Source: Camelus ferus (lineage: Eukaryota). Taken from it: DNA of 64,000 bases. The first letter of the stretch is position 1. Each line of letters starts with the position of its first letter. This document shows positions 13,820-26,394 of the stretch, piece by piece. Below the pieces are notes generated by a model. The model was not told the origin of the DNA. It made no database searches and was given only the letters and a program-made list of their open reading frames with translations. The position numbers and the translations under genes are program-made. The stretch spans positions 30,568,001 to 30,632,000 of the forward strand of contig NC_045697.1 in assembly GCF_009834535.1 (NCBI RefSeq). Reading direction: 5' to 3'.

Positions 13820-14219
13820 TGTTATGAGTTGAATTGTGTCCCGTAAAAAAGACATTGAATTCCTAACCCCCATTACCTGTGAATGTGACCTTACTTGGAA
13901 ATTAGGTCTTTGCAAATGATCCAGTTAAAATGAGGTCATTAGGTCAGGCCCTAATCCAGTGTCAGTATAAAAAGGGGAAATCTGAACAGAGAGACAGGCA
14001 TGCATATAGGGAAGACAGTGTGAAGACACAGGAAGTCTGCAAGCCATGGAACCCCTGAGGCTACCAGAAGCTAGAAAGAGGCGTGAAACAGCCTCACAGC
14101 CCAGAAGGACCAACCCTGCTGACAGCTTAACTTTGGCCTTCCAGTCTCCAGAACTCTGAAACAATAAATTGCTGTTAAGCCACCTAGTACCGTGTTACTG
14201 CAACTTTCGGAAACTAACC
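13820..14219 (+). mobile_element. MaLR solo LTR (MLT1B/C-like)
   Basis: TGTTATGAGTTGAATTGTGTCCC...tgtgaatgtgaccttacttggaaa...ctaccagaagctagaaagaggc...tccagaactctgaaacaataaattgctgttaagccacc. Confidence 0.82.
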
Positions 14220-17200
14220 CATGTCCCATGCATTTTTCTCAAATATAATGTGAACACATACTTGGAGCAAGAAACTTCTTAGACCCTCCTTTACCTGAGG
14301 TTCAGAGCTGCCGAGAACTTGAAAGCCTTTGTCATCACTGTCATCATAGTTGTCACTGTCCTGTGCCAAGCCCTGTATCTAGTGCTCTACTTCCATGATT
14401 TCATGTATTTCCTAAAGGGTAGATAACAATGTACCCATTTTACAGGATAGTAAGTGAAAGCACCCATCTGGTTAATGATGGGAGCTGAGTTTTAACTACT
14501 TAGGGGGCCCAGGACCTTGGCTTCGGGGGCTCTGAAGGATTGAGAGGTGTTAGTCATGTTCCTTATAGTAAAGGAGTCATAGGGGGATGGCCTAGAAATC
14601 TATCCACCAAAAGTAAGATCAATTTTTTGGGGAAGTATGTTCTTCATATAACTAATGAATCTTTAAAACATGTTCATTAGTTAATTGTGGTTGTTTATAG
14701 GTTGCCTGAGTCACTAAGTTGAAATGTTGCATTACTTATAACGGTTATTTAGAATTTTTAAAACTATGCAGAGGTGTGCTATATTTTCTTTGCTAAATAA
14801 TGTCAGAAGATTTAAAATATATTTTTTTCCCCTGATTGGATGAAGCAAAGTGATAATGGATACAGGAAATGGGACTCTTTGACTACAGATTAGTAGAATG
14901 GAAACTAAATTGAAGGGGCAAGTTTTTGGTTTTAGTACAGGCACTGACTTTTACAAATTGGAACTAGGTAACAGGAGAGACAGTTCCCACAAAATCAAGT
15001 AACCACACTTTTTGGAATGGATGAAGATGGCCCCTTCACTCCCTTTTCTCCCCATAAACATTTTACCCAGATTAAGGAGTATAATCATGATAAATTAATG
15101 TACAGAGTAAGTTCTTAAAAAAAAAACTTAGGAAGCCTTATAACTAGAATTACTTGAGAAAATTTAATCATAAAGTTGGTATATACATTGATTAGTTATA
15201 AAAGTTGCCTGAGAGTCAGGAAATGATATTCCAATTTTCTTGGTCAACACATTTTCAGAGATACTGTATTAATCAGATTTTAATGGCATGCAAGCCTTAG
15301 AAGCTTAAGTCAAATGGACTTAAAAAGTTCAGGGGAAAGGAGTGGCAGGGGGAGGAGTGGGATTAATTTAGGTACCTAATTGAAAAGTCTACTGTAATCT
15401 CTGTGACTCAGTAAAGACAGATGTATGAACCTCCAACATAACCAGTCTCACCTGTTGCTAATAAAAATGTGGTGTGAATGTAAATCTAAATTTCATAATT
15501 CTTTGAACATTATCTTTGGATTGCGAGAGTTTGAAACCACCAATGTCAGTGGAGGAATGGAAGCTTAAAGATAGTAACTGTCCATTTCATGTAATTTTTT
15601 ATTACCATAAATGCTTTGGTTGCTTTTGAATGTCTGAAGAGGCATTTTTAAATTTGAAAACTTTTACGTTTGCTTATAAAGGTTATTTTATCTTTAAATG
15701 TAAGGAAGAATGGAAAATAGGTACAAAGGTAACTGAATAACTCTAGGACTTCCAAATAAAATATCCAGCATATCCCCAGATAGTACTTGACCTTCATCAT
15801 GTGACTGAAAACTTGAAAACAGCCAGCTTTGATGGGATGGCATTTGCGTTGCATGATTCTTTGAAGGCATTTTGCTGGTGTGTTGGATTCCTGTAGGTAA
15901 GAGAATGTCTTTTCTCTCTGTCTTACCTTTAATGTCCTATTAATGTGGTCTGAGTTTTATGCGCATGTTTCTACATGCTGGGACCTAACTCCTCTGCTGT
16001 GGATTTAAAGATGGGGAGGCGTGAGTTAATAGGCAGATCTTGCTGTTTGATGGGGAGAAATGCCTTTCTTAAGTAAAGATATTTTTCTTTTTTCAGAATC
16101 ATGGAACTTGAGAGAGCCAAATTCTGCAGACTCCATTTTGCAAATATTTTGCTCAGGGCTGATAAAAACTTTACGAATTAGTGGGAGATGGTGGGATGGC
16201 ACGGACGTAGCACAGGAGTGGGAGCCGGGAAACACAACCATCTCAGTCCTAACCTCCATGCTTCCAACATTTTGGAGGCTCTTCTAGAGGGATGGTGATG
16301 CCATTCACTGGGGCAGAAAGCACAGGAAGAGGAACAAGACGGAATCACATGGTCCCACAGCCACAACAGAGCTGCCCAAATTTCCATCTCCTCTCTCCTA
16401 AAGGGCGAGCTGTGTGCCCTGGATCATCACGGCACTGAGGTAGTTCAGCAGTCCCACTGAAAGTGGTAGTAACAAGACTCACATTTATTATGCTCAGCCA
16501 AGTGGTCACCAGAGGAGAGCTGCCTGGACCCCAAAGTATTACCACTCCTTCAATTACACACCCACCAATACCCCGGGGAGAATGCCCATTCCTGGGGGCT
16601 GTGGTGGATTTCAGGATCAGCTTATTCAGAGGCCTCTGGTCACTTAGGCTTTGATGGGGACTCTGAATTCTGAGTGAGGCTTTCTGACTAGAAACTGCAT
16701 GGTGTCTTCCAATAGTCTGGTCTCAGTAGGGCTGAGAACAATCTACTGCTTTGCATCTTCCCAGTAATGAGGACAGGGATTAAGAGTCAAAATTCCTTGT
16801 CTCCCAGGACGCTCAGCCATGCTTAGGAAACCCATATAAGCACATACACATATGTTAAAAATAAAGTCACTCATCTTTATTCACCATGAAGCACCCAAGT
16901 CCGCAGTGAAAATGGTTAAGTTGCGGGAAGTAATTCCCAAATCCAACACTGGAGACACCACTGGCCCAAAGTCCAGCACAAATATCCTCTTGCAATTGTT
17001 TTTGACCTCAGAAATTCCTTGAATTTGACAAATGCGGTGCCAATGGGGAGGGATAGTAGACACTTCCAGGAGAGGTGGGACATTTCACTGCTATGTGATC
17101 ACCCCATTTTCTCATCCAGCTGTCTACGGGATGCTGTGGCCTTAGCAAATCCTACAGCATTTTTGAAGAGTCAAAAGTGACCGTAACACTGTAAAAGTTC

Positions 17201-17514
17201 AAGCTGGATTGAGAGTAACGTCAAGGAGGTCTCACTAGGACACAGGGTGTGTGATGACTCAGGATAGTCATACAATGAGAGGCATATGCAAAGACCAAGA
17301 AGGCAACTGCTCATTGAAAAGATGACACAAATCTCTCTTATTTCTTCTCTTCAATCCACAGTAAGACTGAAGTAAGGCAGTGACCACGGTTGTACCTGGG
17401 GGGTGCGTGTGTGTTACTCTTTATTCTTGTTACGTGATCCTGTTACATTTCTATTGCATTGTCAGTAGACAAAGTAGCCGTGTGGGAGGAGTTTATAGTT
17501 GGAATCATGTCCAC

Positions 17515-17690
17515 AGACAGAAGCCAGGAGTTTGAGCACAGACCACCACTTACTAGCTGTGTGACCCTGGGCAAGTCATTTATCCCTGCAAAATGAGGAT
17601 GATGGTATCAGACATCCCATGGGGGTGGAGAGTAGCACATGAGACTGTGTATGAGAAAGTGCTGTGTGAAACAGAAAGCTCCGAGCAAAT
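17515..17690 (+). mobile_element. MIR SINE
   Basis: accacttactagctgtgtgaccctgggcaagtcattta...tgcaaaatgaggatgat. Confidence 0.7.
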
Positions 17691-18269
17691 GCTTGCTTGC
17701 TGCGCCTGGTCACCTTGCAATGGAAGGTGATTCTATGCACTCAACTCCCATGGGTTTTCTCAGTCCCTCCTTTGGGATCACTAACTCCTAGTAGCCACTG
17801 ACAGGTGTGCCCAGCATAGAGGCAATCTCACCACCGCCTACCAGAGAAATGGTAGGGGAGAAGCCAGGCTTTTAAGAGCACATTTGTAGTAACATTTTGG
17901 GGCTTTGTGTCAAGTTGAAGACCAATGCTTGACCAAACTGCTTTTTCTCACTCTTTTCCAGCACCTAAAAAGGATCGTATAGTCCTAATTAGGCCTAGAG
18001 AGGCCCACAAAAGAAACGTGTTTCCAAGAGCTTTAGATTTATGAACTGAAGACTGTAGGCTACTGTGTATTTTAATATATTCAGAGAGACAATTAAGATA
18101 ACTTTAGTTATAGTTTTGGAAAACAGTCTGGGAGCGTTTGATGGAACATATAGCGTTTCTCTGTCAAAACCAAACTGAAATGACATATTTGGAATCAACT
18201 CACTCTGTTAAAGGCAACCAACCATCTGAAAACACTCAATGAATTGGAATAAAGTTGTACAAAGTTTTG

Positions 18270-18745
18270 TGATCCTCTGGAGAGGAACAAAAATTGGAAG
18301 AAAGTTCTGCTGCCAAACTGCAGGAACAGACAATTCACAAAGAAGGGAGTTAAATGGCCTACAGCGTGTGATAAAAAAAAAAGTTCAACCTTACTGAACA
18401 AAAAAATGTCAGTTAAAACAACCAAAAAAGCCATTGATGGAGATAAACATAAATTCCAGTATTCACTGTCAGCCAGGTTCTGTGAAAAACGGGCACTCTT
18501 GTACTCTGTGGTTGGGAATGTAAATTAGTACAATCTTTTTTGGATTGCAGTTTGGTGAGATCTAAAGTGAAACTTTTAACTTTGCAACTCTGCTGAAAGA
18601 AATTTGTTCTAAGAAATTTATCATAGATTTCTTAAAAATTAGGAATAAAGGTGTTGACTATGGTCTTATTCATAATGAGGAAAACTGGAAAAACCTAAAT
18701 ATTCAAGAATAGGAAAGTGGTTAAGTACGTTGGGGTATAACCATC
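18270..18745 (+). mobile_element. Old LINE-1 (L1ME-like) ORF2 3' fragment, interrupted by an MLT1A LTR
   Basis: gaacagacaattcacaaagaag, ggttgggaatgtaaattagtacaatc and aaaactggaaaaacctaaatattcaagaatagg are L1 ORF2-end motifs. Confidence 0.65.
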
Positions 18746-19321
18746 TGTTATGAAGTACATGTTTGCTTCCCCCCTCCATTCACGTGCTGAAGCCCTAGCC
18801 CCCAGTAGGATGGTTTTGGTGGGGGGTGCTTGGGAGGTAATTAGGTCATGAGATCGAGCCTCTGTGGTATTAGTGCCCTTACAAGGAGAGGAAGAGGGTT
18901 AGCTGCTGCTCTCGCCACCATATGAGGTTACAAGAAGAAGACAGCAATCTGTAAACCACGAAGAAGGCTTAGACCAAAACCCATCCATACCAGTATAGGT
19001 ACCCCCTGCTTTTCAGAAGTTCACTTTATACCACTTCACTTTTATGAAAGACCTACATTAGCACCTACTTTTGCTAACTAAAAGAGCTCCTGAGAGAATT
19101 TTTACTTTTCTGAAAAATATGAATAAAGGTGATTGCTTCTTTGACGTGTGCCATTTTGGCTTATGAGAGTTTTCCTACGGACAGAACTTCCCGACAGTGT
19201 GTGAACCTATATCCTTGACCTTGGACTCCCAGCTTCCAGATCCGTGAGCAATACCTGCTTGTTGTTTCAGCCATCCAGTCTGTGGCCTTCTATTCTATAG
19301 CAGCCCAAATGAACTAAAACA
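18746..19321 (+). mobile_element. MLT1A-like solo LTR with an internal Tigger MITE
   Basis: TG...CA termini with a perfect 5-bp TSD CCATC (18741-18745 / 19322-19326). Confidence 0.85.
18996..19209. mobile_element. TcMar-Tigger-type MITE nested in the MLT1A LTR
   Basis: TA|TAGGT...AACCTA|TA termini with a TA TSD. The LTR reads continuously across the insertion (ccataccagta|tccttgaccttggactccc). Confidence 0.72.
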
Positions 19322-20529
19322 CCATCCATATATAAATTCTTTTTGAAATAAGTTTCATTTATTCTAGGGCAAACTCGAAAGGGTTTGTTGTTGTTGTTTT
19401 TTTCTTTTTTAGCAAATCCTACCACATTATTAACAAAAAACCCCTGTACATTCGCCATGATTCACTTGAGAGGGAAACAAGAAGTAAATGCAGACATGGA
19501 TGCAACATGAAAAAGCCCCTAGAAAACAAAAACCCAGCCTGGGGCTGTGGGACCATGTGTGTGAACACAGTGTCGACAAAACCTTTCAGTCCTTAAATTT
19601 TCTTATTTTGAAATGTACTTTATGATGTGGGCAATATTGTTCTATAAAGTTCATTATAATAAAGGTGGATGCAAAGCTGCATGGTGTGCAATGCCTATCT
19701 GGGAAATCTATGTATAAAAAATGTGAAAGGCAGACTAAGAAAATGTTAACAGGAGTCACCCCCTTTAGGTAAGGCTTCAATTTTCTTCTTTATGTATTTT
19801 CGTAGTTTCCAAATTATATGTAATTAACATATATATTATCATTTAAACAATAAATAAAGATGTAAATATTAAAAAGAGTAAATGTTTGGTGTCCTCTCAG
19901 AACTTTCAGCTGAGACACCTTGAACTGAGAGGGGAGCCTCCACCTGCCCAGCAGGGAGGGTCAGCCTGACCTCTGCTCATTTTTTGTTTTGTTTTTTGAG
20001 GAGGGTTCCCGCTGAAGCAGGTGTGTCATCAAAGCAAACACGTGGGACTTTTAGTTCTGTCAACTGTCAAAATCCCATCAAGTAAGTAAGACAAGAGTTA
20101 AAGAGGAAGAGGAGGGGAAAGATCCCCTTGTAATTCTGTTCTTTTTCAGGTTTTTTTCCCTCCCCTTCAGTGTAAAGTCTGTCAAGTTTTCTCTTTACAT
20201 TCTTCTCAACAAATAATCTGAAAACGGAGATAAAGAAAATGAGACGTTTAAGATTTTTCTGACAAAGGTTAATTAAAACGGCCCAGGAAAGGCATGTCTG
20301 AGATTTCTTTTTTTTTTCAGATTTAAGAGGAGGTCGTGTATTTCCTGGGTTTAGCTACACATTTGTGAGTCGAGTTGTTTCTAGTTTTGCTTCATTAAAA
20401 AATAAAAGAGCCTTTCTCCTTTAGACCAAGAAGAAAAGGACTCAAATCTTGTTCAGTACATCTGAAAAACAGGCTCAAAATCACAGTGCAGAATCAAGAA
20501 GAAAAAGCTAGTTGGCTTCCACTGCCAAA

Positions 20530-20980
20530 TTGTTTCCCATTTGTCTCTCCAGATACAGTTTGCATCCCTCGCCCCCTGCCCTAGCTGAGAGGACTACCTT
20601 TAAGGACTGCATCTATGGTCCATGCCCTCTGAATTCCCCTGGGTTTGGCCAGTGGGAGTCAGAGGCAAGAAAAGGGACAAACGTTGAAGTACTTACTCCC
20701 CTGGCTCACTGCCTGCCAGGCAGAGCTCGTCAGCGGCTGCATCTTGCAGGCAGCCATTTCCGACAGCTACAGCTCTCCCTGGGTCCTAGCGGCTGATGCC
20801 TTGCTCACTCCTTCAAGATGCAGGTGGTATCAACCTCCCGTTGGTACCAGCCCCCGGGTGCATTATTGTCCCTTGTTGGTTTCCCTTAAACCTGCCCAAG
20901 CCTTGTAAACAGTGCGTTCATCAGACTCTCTTTAATCTCCCCTTTTGAATTTGCAATCTCTTTCCTGCCAGGACCCTGAG
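20530..20980 (+). mobile_element. Old ERVL-type LTR (LTR16/LTR33-like)
   Basis: The 3' end cttcatcagactctctttaatctccccttttgaatttgcaatctctttcctgccaggaccctga resembles LTR16/33 ends. Confidence 0.55.
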
Positions 20981-23064
20981 CTTTGAAACGTCTTAGGGGA
21001 CAGTGCAGCTACATTCTGTGTCATGACTATCCATGAGAATATTCTGATGGCACATTGGACAGAGCCCACTTTTCATAGTTATTATGAAGAAGAGTTTGCA
21101 AACACCTTGCGTTGTGACAGTGGTCAGCCTTAAGCCCTCGGGATCTGTAATAATGGACCTTAGCAACTGGGTTTCATAGAATTCTAGTGTGTCAAAATGG
21201 AAGTGTGCTGAAGTAATGTGTTAGTAATAATGAAGAACTGATTTTGCACATTAAAAGTAAATTAATGAGAGTAGACACGTTATTTTCATCACTATGCCAT
21301 TTTTATTCACAGACGTTCCAGTATGCTTTCTTCAGACACAGGGAAAGGAGACAGAGTTCCAGCAAATGCACCTGACGTTGACTGTAATCTGCATGTGTCC
21401 TTAGCTACATGCCAGTCCACAGCAATGACCCTGGGACTATGTCCTGCATGTGATATCACCCATCTTATATGTAGTGGTAGAAAAAAGTGGGGGGCACTAT
21501 TGTTGGGTAACATAGCAATTTATGAGAATTTCTTTGACTTGGTAGCTCTGCCCTTTGTTGTCTGATTTTTCTCATCAATGTGTAGTATAAAGTTACTAAT
21601 ATTTGACTAATATTTTAATGTTTCACTAATAAGTGTCTTAGATCTATTATCTTATATAATCCTCATAACAATTCACATTTTTACCAACTAAGCATTCACC
21701 CGTGGGCTTAAAGAGAGACAGATTTGGAGCACGTTGCACACTTTCATCACAGAGCTTTGTCTTGGGTCCATGGTGTGGATGAGAAGGGGGTACTACTCAC
21801 AACACTACTTCCTGCTGGGGTTATGACTGTTAGATCCCAGTGAACATAAAAGAAAAAGTTCGAATCTTTTCCTCTGGTCAGTTTAGTTCAATTAAATTGC
21901 TACATCTTGAGGATATGGAGATGAAGGAAACACACTTCTGCCCTCCAGGAATCTGAAGCCTAGTTGGTAGACAGAGATACAAATAAATAATGAGAGAACT
22001 GTAATAAAATGTGATAAAAATGATAATAGGAACATGCTTAAAATTTATTGAGGAAACAGGGGAGGGAGTCATAACATCTCTGAGAGGTGAAGGGGTGTCA
22101 TGAAAAATTATGGACCAAAGGTGACGGTTAAGCTTGACCTTGAAGGGTGTTTAGGAGTTCAACAGTGTAACTAAGGGAGAAAGAGGTGTTGCAGGCGAAG
22201 GGCCCAGCGGGGTCTTTCTTCTCATTCCTGCCAAAGGCTTAGAGTCTCCAATTGCTTTTTCAACGTTGCATTTCCTGTGACCCGTCTAGATTTCTCACTT
22301 AGTCCTCTTTGGGTCTAAGGGATTAAAGTACCTTTGGAAGAGAGGCACTGGCCGGGAGTGAAATCCCAGCATTGCTCTTGGTCTCAGTGGGACCACGTGC
22401 CAACTGAGAAAACAGCTAGAGACCCCAGAGTCTGAAATCTGACAGAAATGTACAGCCTGAGATGTGAACCACGATTCATGGACCTGGTTCTAACCTGCTG
22501 TTACAGATAGCCTTGGAGACAACGATCTGTCAGAGATTCCTGGGGCCACATGGAGTTTGGATTATGAAAGTATTAGGAAAATATTAAGAAAGGAGAATTT
22601 ATAGAAGGGATTTATCAACTCAATACTATTACTCATAAGTATACTGTACTATATCAGACCAAGAAGAGGAAGGAGGATTTAGAAGATTGTCTAAGACATC
22701 GCAAAGATTGATAGAGTTTACTTGACTGAGAAAAGCAGACCAGTTAAATCCAATTTAAGATTTCTAAATATGTGAGAGTCCTGCAACTTCTTATCTTTGC
22801 CCCCAGACAGATGTGAATTCTTTCCTGCTAAGACCTGAAGACCTTATTCACCACTGTCTTTTGTCGTCTTGTCGTAAACCCTGGACCTACTGTTGTTTCT
22901 TGTTGTCCCAACATGGTTGATAGAGAGACCCTCAAGTCATGACAAAGAGACTAGGGAAAGGGAACACAAAATGTGGGTGGGAAAGAGTATGTTACTCCTT
23001 GTTTGGAACTCAAGACCAAGTGCCTGGATCAACTTAGCTTCAAAAAGTAATGAGATTGAGCAAC

Positions 23065-23860
23065 AACAGAAAAGATACAATACTTAGGATTAAACTTAAA
23101 AAATAAAAGTGCAGATTTTATATGGGAAAAAAACCTTTAAAACACTCCAGAAAGACCTAAAAGTACATAAAAGACAAACTTGGACAGATGGAAAGAAACC
23201 TCTGTTCTTGGATAGGATGGCTCAGTATCAAAAGGATCACAGATTTCATTTCTTGTTAAGTTAATGCGATTCCCAATACTAGTAAGCTTTTTTCTTGGAA
23301 CTGGGCAAATTGATACTAAAGTTTATACAGAAAAAAAAAAAGACATGCAAGAATAGTTGAGAAAACACTGGGGGAAAAGAGTTATCTACCAGATAATATA
23401 ATGTACAATAAAGCCTCTGTAGAACAGTGTGATATTGGCACTCAGATAGACCATCATACTAATGGAAGCAGCATAGAAAGTCAAGAAACAGACTCAAACA
23501 CATGTGGAAATTTAGTGCATGATAAAGATGGCATCTTGGGCTTTTTGATGAATGTTGGGGGGACCACAGGATAGCCACATACAAGAATAAACTCCAGATG
23601 GATCAAGAATGAAACCCACCAGTATTAAAAGAAAAGATGGGTGACTTTCTCTATAACAGTAAGTGTGAGGAGATGCTTTCTAAATACAACTCAAAATCCA
23701 GGGGTAGCAAAAGAAAAGACTAATAATTTGAATTACCTAAAAATAAAATATATTTGTATGGGCAATAAAAAAAATCATGACAAAGTCCTAAGACAATGGG
23801 GAGAAAACATTTGCAACGTATATCACAGTTAAGGGGCCAGTCCTCCGAATACATAAAAAG
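23065..23860 (+). mobile_element. LINE-1 ORF2 internal fragment (degraded)
   Basis: aaaagatacaatacttaggattaaactt, tgttcttggataggatggctcagtatc, aatgcgattcccaa, acagtgtgatattggcac and ggagaaaacatttgcaac are colinear L1 ORF2 motifs. Confidence 0.78.
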
Positions 23861-24759
23861 TAACCGGACGCGGGAGGTGAGAACGCATCTTAGGCTTCCC
23901 CCTGGCTTATCATTCAGTCTTCGCCCTGGGTTTTCATAGAGGCCACAGTAATCAGCTTGCTGTTAGGTTGGTCTGATGTAACATTTCATGTCCACTTTGT
24001 TGTTATTTTTTGCTAACTTGGACTTTCACTCCCTGGGACCTGACTGATTTATAAGTGTTTTCCCAGATCACATTCTGTGCTGGGCTCTGCACCTGGTGTT
24101 TTCCCTGGGCCGGCAGCAATGACTGGTTTGCTGGGCTCTCATTTCGCTGAGGGTTCCTAGTGAGATCGGCCCCTGTGTGGGCGGTAAGAGGCTCAGGGAA
24201 GGCGGTTGGATGAGGGGCTCCTTTAGCAGAGGTTCATATGCTCCAAAATACTGCTTAGTTTACAGTCTTGGGGATTTCCAGGTGTTATTAGATGCAGAGA
24301 GTCCTTTATGGAGTCCAAACAGGAATGGATAAATTTTCAAAAGACAAGGGTAAAATAAATAAGTTTTAGGTTTTAGAGACCTAAACCAAGCCTTCATTTT
24401 CATCTTTGTTACTTGAGGAGTCATAGTTGAATGCACACAGACTAAATTTTGTTGTCATCTGATTCATTAAAGTGTCATGGATGGACAACAGAAAGACAAT
24501 GGTGTTCTGGAATGAGAGAATGTTCTGGAAAATTAAAGAAATGATGGCTAAACTGCCCCACGCCCACCCCTCGTGATACCGGGGAGTGGCCTTAACCGGG
24601 ATTGATGTTCACATCAGGACAGACATTTCCTCGAAGTGTACCCTTGTATACCACTGGTCTGGACTCTGAGTGGAGCGACCCACAGTTGACCTGCTAATAC
24701 CACTACAACAGCACTTTGCTGTAGTAGAGAGCATTCTGCTTTGGGAAAGCATCTATTTT

Positions 24760-25050
24760 AAATCACTGACCTCATTTGCTCTTCACACAGCCCTGCGAAA
24801 CAGGCAGGGGCAGATATTACTGTCCCCATTTGCAGGTGAGCTAACTGGGGCTAAGAGAGGCTAAGAGGTTTGGAGAGAGCCCAGTGGAGAGCACTGGATT
24901 AGGAATCAGGGCATCTGGGACAGAATCCGACCTGGCCATTCACTGTCTGTGGTGTCTTGAGTGAGTCAGTTATATAAAGGTCTCTGAGCCTCCACTCCAG
25001 CTTCAATTAAATGAGAGGTTTGCACAAGATGGCCCTTGAGGGCCCTCCCA
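24760..25050. mobile_element. Two adjacent MIR fragments in opposite orientations
   Basis: ccccatttgcaggtgagctaactggggctaagagaggctaag, then gagcactggattaggaatcagggcatctggg...tctctgagcctc. Confidence 0.6.
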
Positions 25051-25329
25051 GGGTGACTGCTCCAGGGCTTTATCACTTGCTGGACTTCACCAGGAATCAG
25101 TCAGTGGGTGAGAAACGGTGTACAAGGCCTCTGAGCTGCAAAATTCTCTCCCTCCCTCTACCCAACACAGTGCAGAAAGAAAGACTCACTTGGGATGGGG
25201 ATAGGATTTTCCCATTTGCAGGCTACAGATGGGTTTCCTGCCTAATTACAGGAAATATTAGAAGTTTATTTTATTTTCTTACCATTTTTTTTCAATTTCT
25301 CCTATGGCTTTTTTCCTTTAATATTTTCC

Positions 25330-25885
25330 AGCTTTACTAAAGTTAACTTTGCATACCATAAAATTCACCCATTGTTAAGTGTACAATCCACAGCTTTTCA
25401 GTAAATGTCTAAGTTCTACAGCCATCACAATCCAGGTCTAGAATTCCTCTTTCACCTTACAAAGTTCCTTTGTGCACATTGACATCAGTCTCCACTCCCC
25501 TCTCCAGCCCTAAGCAACCACAGGTATGCTTTTAGTCTCTACAAATTTGCCTTTTCTGGACATTTTGTATAGATAGAATCATACAGAATGTCATCTTTTC
25601 CATCTGGCTTGTTTAATTTACTATAATGTTTTCAAGGGTAATCTATGTTGTAGAATGTACTTCATCCTTTTTCATGGCCAAATAATATTCCATTGTATGG
25701 GTTTACCACATTTTGTTTATCTGTTCATCAGTTGATGGATATTTGGTTTGTTTCCACATTTTAGCTATTATGGGTAATGCTTCTCTGAGCATTCATGTAG
25801 ACATACATTCTGTGTATGTCTTTATTTCTCTTCAGTAAATTCCTAGGAGTAGAAATGCAGGGTGGTTTTATTAAATTTTTACGTG
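25330..25885 (-). mobile_element. LINE-1 3' fragment (L1MB/MD-like)
   Basis: cataccataaaattcacccattgttaagtgtacaat ... aataatattccattgtatgg ... cctaggagtagaaatgc. Confidence 0.82.
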
Positions 25886-26049
25886 GTATTTGAATCTCTA
25901 CTTTTAACCTCTGTACTTGAATAAAAGATTCACAGAAAATGTGTGGGAGAATAAATATGTAACCTATTTTAGTAAGCTTTCTTAATGCCTGGTAGCTTTT
26001 ATAAAAGTGTGATCTGCCTTGGCATAAAGTAACCATACAGAGTCGTAGT

Positions 26050-26394
26050 TGATATGGACTGAACTGAGTCCTCCAAAAATTCACATGTTGAAGTCTTAAC
26101 ACTATGAGGTCATAAGGGTGGGGCCCTAATCCAATATGATTGGTGTCCTTATAAGATGATGAAAGACACCAGGGGTGCCTGAGCATGGAGAAGAAGCCAA
26201 GTGAGGACACAGCAAGGAGGTGGCCAGCTACACGACAAAGAGAGAGGTCTCAGGAGAAATCAGTACAATGACTGCAGACACCACTTTCCTGCCCATACCT
26301 TGGCCTTGGCCTTCCAGCCTCCAACACTGTGAGAAAGGGAATTTTAAGCCACACAGTCTGTACCATTTTTTTATGGAGGCAACAAATGAACACA
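26050..26394 (+). mobile_element. MaLR solo LTR (MLT1A/B-like)
   Basis: TGATATGGACTGAACTGAGTCCTCCAAAATTCACATGTTGAAG...gggccctaatccaatatgattggtgtccttataag...ttccagcctccaacactgtgaga. Confidence 0.8.

Noticed and set aside
22330..22800. Coding-looking purine-rich stretch
   Set aside because: The forward frames I translated had frequent stops and no protein family I could recognise.
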